Source: an uncultured Nitrososphaeraceae archaeon
Lineage (GTDB): Archaea; Thermoproteota; Nitrososphaeria; Nitrososphaerales; Nitrososphaeraceae
DNA length: 64,000 nucleotides
Direction of reading: 5' to 3'
Assembly (NCBI GenBank): GCA_963779615.1
Contig: CAVZZA010000004.1
Coordinates: 256,001-320,000 of the forward strand
The translations under genes and the position numbers were made by a program. Under the pieces are notes generated by a model. That model saw only the letters and a program-made list of their open reading frames with translations. It was not told the origin of the DNA and made no database searches. Every line of letters starts with the position of its first letter. The first letter of the stretch is position 1. Of the stretch, positions 56,526-64,000 are shown one piece after another.

Positions 56526-57302
56526 TTTTGCCTTCAGCTACCATCGTAATTTTAAATATTTATAGGGATTGGATGATTGTTATTTAGAAAGGCTATCAAC
56601 ATTTTCTACCGATATATGTATTGTAGTTACTACACAATGGTATCTAATTAAATCAACAAAATTAATGATGGATTATAGAATAAGGGACCATCTCAAATAT
56701 CATCATCAATAAATAATAACAATACTACGGTTAATTGTAAAAAATTATAATAATATTACATACTTTCTTTGGATATAGATAATGAAGTTTGGTTGGTTTT
56801 TTAATAAGATTATTGTCAGTAGACATTATTTATTAATGATTTTGTGTTATGGATACTAAAAAAAGTTATAATTGTAACTACATTCTGACCAAAAGAGAGA
56901 TTAAGTAAAAATGGGCAGTGCCAACTTTCCCTAAATGTGCAAGGGATATTCACCAAATCCATATCCCTGTTAACAATAAAAGAATACTAATTCTCATAAA
57001 CCCAGATATGCACAATAGTGTACAGCAGAATATAATATCCCCCCACCACCACCCCACCCCTCAACCCATCAAAATTACTACAAACTGTCTTCACTTTATA
57101 ATGAAAAACCAATAATTTCTTTAATAGAGATTAAAAGGCGTAAAAAAAGAGTTTAAAAAAGTGGATAATACAACGAAGTCAAGCAACTACTGATTCATCA
57201 TTCCGATTACCCAAACAAGACATAATCAGCCATCTTACTCACCAAGCTAAAAATCCGCTCAGCATTAAAAAATAGCATATACATTATGTGTTTTGAGTTT
57301 AG

Positions 57303-58619
57303 TTACTTTACTGCAAGCTTTATGGATGGGATTACAAATGTCAGTGTGATAATACCACCAATCACCCACGCTAGTGGGTACCCAAAATAAATTACGGTAA
57401 TTGAGAACACAAAAGGAACCCAAAACGCCCCAAACAAAGACAAGCCATTAACAAAACTCACAGCTAGCGTTTCATATTGGGGTTGATGCAACTGTTTTTT
57501 TACTATCTCCCTTGCTTTGGCATATGGAACAACAAAACCACCAGACGCAAAAATCCCTATTAGAATAGTTGAAAAAACTATGACATTGACATTTGCCAAA
57601 GAAAAAAGCGTTATGTTTACTGAAATAATTGCACTGCATATTATTAGCAGTAACAGGCCATGGTTTCTGTAGGGGCTTCTTTTGGTTATGCCATCATAAA
57701 GCCTGCCAAAAATAGGGGCAAAAAGAACGTTACACAACATGGCAAGTCCACCTATCAGCCCTGCAGTTGATGCACTGGCATGCAGGTCGTTTTTTAAGTA
57801 CAGTATTATAAAAGTGGAGACCAAGTTCCATCCTATTTGCACCCCAAGTAACGAGAAACCTACAAGGATCATTGATTTATTGATTAAAACTGTCTTCAAA
57901 TCAGAAAGTTTTATCTTAAAATTTGGTTTTTGTTGCGCATCTTCTTCTTCACCATACTGGTTTGCAGAGTTTTTAAGATGGCTTTTTAAATGGTGTGAAG
58001 GCTGTCCACCAGCAGCATCATCATCATCCTTCTTTTTCCGCTCTCCTTTTTCTTTGTTTTTCCTCATCTCATAAACTAAAAACAATCCACTTAACACCCC
58101 CACTATACCGCCGATTATCAAGCTTGCTCTCCAGCCAACAGTCTCTGCGACTATAATCCACCCAAAAAGACCTATTATCCCCCCTAGGGAGTGAGCCGAA
58201 TTCAATATGCCCACCCCCAGGCCTTCTGAGCCTTTGCCTAAAAATGACGATATCAAAATAACACTGGGTCCAAAGAAAAAGGCCATGCCAACTCCAACCA
58301 AAAACCTCAGAATCACCATTTGAGATGGTTCGGTAGCCAGTCCAGAAAGCAGGGACGCTATGGATAGCACCATGATTCCAGACAATGCAATTTTTTTTGG
58401 ATTGTATTTTGCAGCAAGTATCCCTGCTGGGACTTGAAAGACCCCTATGCCTACAAGAAAGCTGGCTGTCATTATCCCCAGCATAGAAACATCTTGTTTA
58501 AAGTCTATTGATATTAAATAAAACACAGATGAAATGTTAAACCAGTTTATTGCATAAAGTAGCCTTGCAAATACCAAAAAGAGAACAGGTGCGGAAAAGG
58601 CCTTGGCGAGTGGCGGCAT
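57303..58619 (-). CDS. MFS transporter
   Basis: FQVPAGILA, LRFLVGVG and GWRASL; 12-TM pattern with a central loop. Confidence 0.88.
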   Translation of the reverse strand: MPPLAKAFSAPVLFLVFARLLYAINWFNISSVFYLISIDFKQDVSMLGIMTASFLVGIGVFQVPAGILAAKYNPKKIALSGIMVLSIASLLSGLATEPSQMVILRFLVGVGMAFFFGPSVILISSFLGKGSEGLGVGILNSAHSLGGIIGLFGWIIVAETVGWRASLIIGGIVGVLSGLFLVYEMRKNKEKGERKKKDDDDAAGGQPSHHLKSHLKNSANQYGEEEDAQQKPNFKIKLSDLKTVLINKSMILVGFSLLGVQIGWNLVSTFIILYLKNDLHASASTAGLIGGLAMLCNVLFAPIFGRLYDGITKRSPYRNHGLLLLIICSAIISVNITLFSLANVNVIVFSTILIGIFASGGFVVPYAKAREIVKKQLHQPQYETLAVSFVNGLSLFGAFWVPFVFSITVIYFGYPLAWVIGGIITLTFVIPSIKLAVK

Positions 58620-58890
58620 TGTAGATAAAAAAGGGCTTTACATGCATTATATTGTTATGTTGTATCAATAGATTAAAAAAAAATTATTTTCAAACTGCAA
58701 TGCTGGCTGGCGTTCATTTCAGATAAGGACAAGCCATGTATAGCCATAAACGCTGCAGAAGTAGAAATATCGAGTTTTTATCACTCATAAAAAAGAATGG
58801 ATCATATTTATTACGCTCCTAACATTTCCCCCTTTTTTTATTGTAACACTCATAAGATGGAAAATAAGAGACCGTCTACTTGTAGAAAAG

Positions 58891-59904
58891 TTGATCAATG
58901 ATGATGATTTAGAGATACCAAAAAAAAAGGACAGGATTTTATCAATAACTCATCAACAGGATATCGATGGTCTGTTTTGTGGGGCAATCCTAAAAAATGC
59001 ATTCCCCGATACTTTTGTTCATCTTACGAATTATGGCTACAACAATATGTTGCAGGCTGCAAAGGTAATACACGACGCCATATCCAAATCCAGAAAAAAG
59101 GGTATGATAATAATCACAGACCTCTATGTTGATAGTCCAGAAGAAGTCAGGTTAATAGAGGACGCGGCATTAAAAGCCAAAGAGGCTGGATGGAGGTTTT
59201 TATGGCTTGATCATCACTATTGGAAAGAAGGCATAAAGGAAAGAGTGGAATCTTTTGCGATTTTAAAAATTTCAAGGGATCAGGAGCGAAAATGCGCTGC
59301 GGAGCTTTTGTGCGAGACCTTTGCAATAAAAAGGACAGCGTGCCAAAGAATGAAAAAGTTTGCTCACGCTGTGGATTTTAGAACCTCCGAAATTACCAAT
59401 CTACCGCCATTACCTGAAATTATCAGATATTATCTAACCCTTCCAAACGCTTATAAAAAATTACAGAGGGTATTGAACAAAGCATCAAGAGGGGTATTTT
59501 GGGACGATGAGCTGCAGGAAGTTTATGAAAGGTATTATCTGCCTTTAAAGGAAACTGCCATGATAAAAGCCATGGACTCACTTGTGGTGCAAACCATACA
59601 TAATTATAGGGTCGCCATTGCTGAATCACCGCAAATACTGTCCAAAGGCATAATTGCCGAGAAAATCTTTGAGTTGCAAAAAGAAGCTGATTTGGCAATT
59701 TTGTTTGCTCCAGATGGCAAATTGAGTATTAGGAGGGCCCCCGATTCTAGTTTCAGGTGTGATCTTATCGCTCAAAAATTAAATGGCGGAGGTCACAGTT
59801 ACGCTGCAGGGGGAATAATAAAAACCAAAAACAGTGAGGAAGGGGAGGCAAAAAAAATAGAGATGAAAGACGTAATTGAGGAATTGCAAAAAGCATTAAA
59901 ATAA
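58891..59904 (+). CDS. DHH/DHHA1 family phosphoesterase
   Basis: THQQDIDG, ITDL, LDHH and GGGHSYAAG. Confidence 0.88.
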   Translation: MINDDDLEIPKKKDRILSITHQQDIDGLFCGAILKNAFPDTFVHLTNYGYNNMLQAAKVIHDAISKSRKKGMIIITDLYVDSPEEVRLIEDAALKAKEAGWRFLWLDHHYWKEGIKERVESFAILKISRDQERKCAAELLCETFAIKRTACQRMKKFAHAVDFRTSEITNLPPLPEIIRYYLTLPNAYKKLQRVLNKASRGVFWDDELQEVYERYYLPLKETAMIKAMDSLVVQTIHNYRVAIAESPQILSKGIIAEKIFELQKEADLAILFAPDGKLSIRRAPDSSFRCDLIAQKLNGGGHSYAAGGIIKTKNSEEGEAKKIEMKDVIEELQKALK

Positions 59905-60311
59905 AATTAAGTGTTATTTTCTCTTCTTCTCCTCCTTCCCCTTTTTACCTGAAAATTCCTCCAAATTGGGAGTTTAATTTTGATTGACGATAATACTGAT
60001 AACCTATGACAACCACCATCACCATTTGAGTTGGGTTGCTTAGCGTCTTTTTGCACACTATCACTTTCTTACCTCTCGAAAATTACTTTTAATCTAATCA
60101 ATTATGATTTAATTATAAAGTTTTTATGCTATCCTGCCTTTTTGGGAAATCATTATCAGCAGGATAATAGGAAAGGGGATAGATAACACAGTGAATCAAC
60201 TTTCTCCCCTTTTTCTTACGGTCATTATTTTGATTAATGTTGCAACTCTTTTGGCTTGGCCAAAGTTTTTTATTCAATAAATACCAGTGCCAGCCATATA
60301 GTCACTATAAT

Positions 60312-61505
60312 ATGAAATATTATTTATTGGGCAAAAGTGGACTAAGGGTCTCTGAGTTGTGCCTTGGGACCATGACATTTGGTGAGGAATGGGGATGGGG
60401 TTCCTCAAAAGAGGAATCGCATAAAATATTTAATGCATATGTAGAGGCAGGGGGAAATTTCATAGATACAGCCAACAAATACACCGAGGGCACCAGCGAA
60501 AAGTACATTGGCGAATTCATCTCATCAGATAGGGACCGATTTGTTTTAGCCACCAAATACACATCAAATACAAGAAGAGGAGACCCCAATGCAGGCGGAA
60601 ATCATCGCAAAAACATGGTTCAATCCCTGGAGGCAAGCTTACGCCGATTGAACACAGACTACATTGACCTGTATTGGGTGCATGCCTGGGACCCATTAAC
60701 ACCTGTCGAGGAACTGATGCGTGCATTGGATGATATGGTGAAAGCAGGTAAGATCCTTTATGCGGGTATCTCCGATGCTCCCGCATGGGTAGTTTCACAG
60801 GCTAATACTCTTGCAAATTCAAGAGGATGGACAGAATTTTCAGGTTTGCAAATCGAATATAGCCTAGTCGAAAGAACCCCAGAGCGAGAATTATTGCCCA
60901 TGGCTAATTCCCTAGACATTGGTGTAACTGCATGGTCTCCATTAGGAAACGGAATTCTTACAGGCAAGTACAACAAACTGATAGCACGCAGCAGCAGCAG
61001 CTAACAACAACCAAAACCACAAAATGGGCAATCACCATCAACCTCACCAACCGCAAAAGTTAACGGGGATGTTGGCAATAGCGATGATAGCAGCACTCGA
61101 CTGAACACGCTTAAATCCATGTCTCCTGAATTGGTAACAAAATTACTCACAGTTAAAAATATGATTATTACAGAAGAGGTCATTAAAGTGGCCAATGACA
61201 CGGGTCACAGTCCGTCGCAAGTTGCTTTGAATTGGATAAGGCAACAACATGACATAACACCGAATCAGAAAAACAGAATAATACCCATCATTGGAGCAAG
61301 AAAAGAATCGCAGATAATTGACAACATGACTAGCCTAGAATTTGAACTCTCAAACGAGAACTTGAAAAGGTTGAACAAAGTAAGCAAGATAGAACTGGGT
61401 TTCCCTCATGATTTCCTAAACTCTAAAATGATAATTGATATAATTTATGATGGGACAAAAATATACGATCACAGAAACAAAAAAGAATACTCACTGCCAG
61501 AATAG
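60312..61505 (+). CDS. Aldo/keto reductase, broken near 61000 in a low-complexity insert
   Basis: LGKSGLRVSELCLGTMTFG, FIDTANKY, DYIDLYWVH and WSPLG; the second part has QVALNW, IPIIGARK and LGFPHDF. Confidence 0.85.
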
Positions 61506-61862
61506 GTAAACTATAGACACAAAAAGAAATGGCAGGGAAACCGATAAGCAAACCGCCAGTAAATACACTTCTTTCTGAACATAACAAACTACTACTGTTC
61601 ACAAGTTGACGGTATCCTTTTGGATCCGCACATGCATAATGACTTTGGCTAGTAGGCTTGTTTGCCTTTGAGAGATTTACTCGTCCATGATGCAATTTTT
61701 CTCTTGTTTATGTTGAGGATAATACAAAAAGAGAAACGCGTCCAACCGTATTTGACATAAAAATCACCTTTTGATGGTTCTTGATTGTTGTCGAAACAAT
61801 TTTTCATCTAACATGCAAGCATTATGCAGACAATTTAATAATATCAAGCATAAGTTTTAGTA

Positions 61863-63572
61863 ATGCCTAAAATTGAAGTCACAAAAGAAGATTTGGCAAT
61901 TCTCAATAAAACAGCCCAAACATTGAACTTGGCAAAAGAGGCTGTTGATATCGGCGATAAGCAAAAAGAATTGTTTAACTGCATGCAATAAGGACCTTGA
62001 TATTTTGCAGACTAGATTGCACAGCCAACTGAACAAAGCGTTCCAGAGTCGCATTGAATCAGACAGTATGGGCGAGATCAAAGTGCCTGCCGATAGATAC
62101 TGGGCTGCCCAAACTCAACGCTCCCTTCATCATTTTTCTATTGGCAAGGATCTTATGCCCATCGAGGTAATACACGCACTGGCCCTAATAAAAAAATGCG
62201 CCGCAGTCATCAATTCTTTGCATAAAAAAAACAATGGAGATGTTGAAATGCTCTCAAAAGATAAAGCTGACGCGATTGTAAAAGCTGCTGATGAGGTGCT
62301 CTCGGGCCTGCTTGATAGGAAATTTTCCCCTGTATGTATGGCAAACAGGTTCGGGTACACAAACCAACATGAATGTCAATGAGGTTATTGCTAATCGTGC
62401 AAATGAAATTTCACAAATATCCATACATCCAAATGATGACGTGAACATGTCGCAATCCTCAAATGATGCATTTCCTACAGCTATGCATATTGCAGCTGCT
62501 ATAGAGATTGCAGGTAGTCCACATGTTTCATTAAGACCATCAAAAACCAATCCTGCCACTACCTTTATGTATGATGACGATGGCTTCAACGGCCACTCCA
62601 CAACAAGAAAACCATTGCTTCATAGCATAATAAAACTACGTAATGCTTTGGATAAAAAGGCTAATGACTATAAGGACCTGATCAAGATTGGTCTGTACAC
62701 ATCTGCAAGACGCCGTTCCCCTAACATTTGGTCAAGAGGTTTCAGGCTGGGTCGCTCAGCTTGACATTTGCTACAAATACATTGAACAATCCCTAGAAGG
62801 GGCATATGATCTTGCCATTGGAGGTACTGCAGTGGGCACCGGCTTGGAGTCTTTCAATGCATTTGGTGAAGAAATGGCATCACAGATTGCAAAGGAAACA
62901 GGCATGCCCTTTAGATCGGCCCCCAATAAATTTGCTGCATTGGCAAGCCACGATCCTATCGTCCACATCAGTGGAGCACTAAAGACCCTGGCCTGCACCC
63001 TTATGAAGATTGCAAACGATATTCGTTGGCTAGCATCGGGTCCTCGTTGTGGGATTGGCGAAATACTACTTCCACAAAAGGAGCCAGGCTCATCAATAAT
63101 GCCAGGTAAGGTCAACCCAACTCAATGCGAGGCGATGACCATGGTGTGTTGCCAGGTAATAGGAAATGATGTCACAATAGGAATGGCCGGATCTCAAGGC
63201 AACTTTGAGCTTAATGTCTTTAAACCTGTAATAATATTCAATTTGTTGCATTCAATACAAACTCTGTCGGATGTATGCAACACCTTTTGCGATTTCTGTG
63301 TTAACGACATAGAGTATCAGGAAAATGAAGGCAAAGGTCCAAAAGGAATGGAGCCAAATGTTGATCATATGAGCGAACTTGTGGCAAATTCACTAATGCT
63401 GGTGACTGCGCTAAAATCTAGGATTGGCTATGACAAGGCCGCCAAGATAGCAAAGAAGGCATACGAAGAAAGAATCACGCTTCGCCAGGCAGGCATTCAA
63501 TTGGGATATCTATCCGAGGAGGAATACGATGCATATGTCAATCCATTGGATATGATTCACCCTAAACTGTAA
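61863..63572 (+). CDS. fumC: Class II fumarate hydratase, frameshifted
   Basis: [47 protein letters not shown] and [15 protein letters not shown]. The start is uncertain. Confidence 0.9.
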
Positions 63573-64000
63573 ACGATGTGTTTTGGTATTGGCTGATTAT
63601 GAGTATATATGATGATCATCCTTTGACACATTATTCAAGAAATGGACCCCTCCTCTCATTTTTTAATTTTGGCGTTGATGGTAAAAAGAAGGCGAAGAGA
63701 TGAAAAAAAAGAGAGAGAGAAAACATAGACAGTAAAGGCAATTTTATTGCATTTTTTACAATTTGCAAAGGACACTTACAACGAATATATGATAATATGA
63801 TATAGCCACCCTCCCCCCACTAGCAAAAACTCTTTTGCATCAAAAGCATAATGCAACATCATTAATTACTCAAATTTTGCCGCAATAACGATTTATATCA
63901 ATATCCGCAGAACCAAGATACAATCAGTTTTAAGAAACCGGGTAATTTTCCCCACTAGGATATCTGAGATGATCAGGATTCGTTGTCTATATACTAGAGC

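Overview
The window looks like chromosome from a soil ammonia-oxidising archaeon (Nitrososphaeraceae, possibly Nitrosocosmicus-like). This is inferred from the AT-rich backbone, mpgS, FixABC(X), the family-typical tyrosine integrase, the sensor kinase and the secreted beta-propeller proteins. The left half (1 to about 31.4 kb) is accessory DNA. It opens with a GC-richer, bacterial-looking redox cassette (SthA-like flavoprotein, BASS transporter, Dyp peroxidase cluster, DUF4331). It continues as a hotspot punctuated by four same-orientation copies of a tRNA 3'-end-like core (TCGAAGCCCTCCGGGCCCG at 11749 and 21466, degenerate at 27831 and 31150). The flanking arms of these cores recur in shuffled combinations, and the first core abuts a dead tyrosine integrase. 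The segments around the cores carry repeated double-HTH/coiled-coil genes and a family of secreted proteins. These proteins share a signal peptide and a Cys-containing N-terminal motif, four also share a promoter block, and their C-terminal modules differ (NHL propeller, YVTN propeller, collagen-like, Ig-like only). This stack of tRNA-targeting elements with modular surface proteins is the most interesting signal. The right half is mostly chromosomal: HtrA, an AsnB-like/HAD/mpgS cluster, MFS transporters, FixABC-X, a histidine kinase, an IS630 remnant, a large secreted discoidin/Ig protein, a DHH phosphoesterase, an aldo/keto reductase and fumC. Many single-base frameshifts, including in fumC and fixC, suggest uncorrected long-read errors, so pseudogene calls that rest on indels alone are uncertain. 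All family calls come from motif recognition by eye, not from searches.
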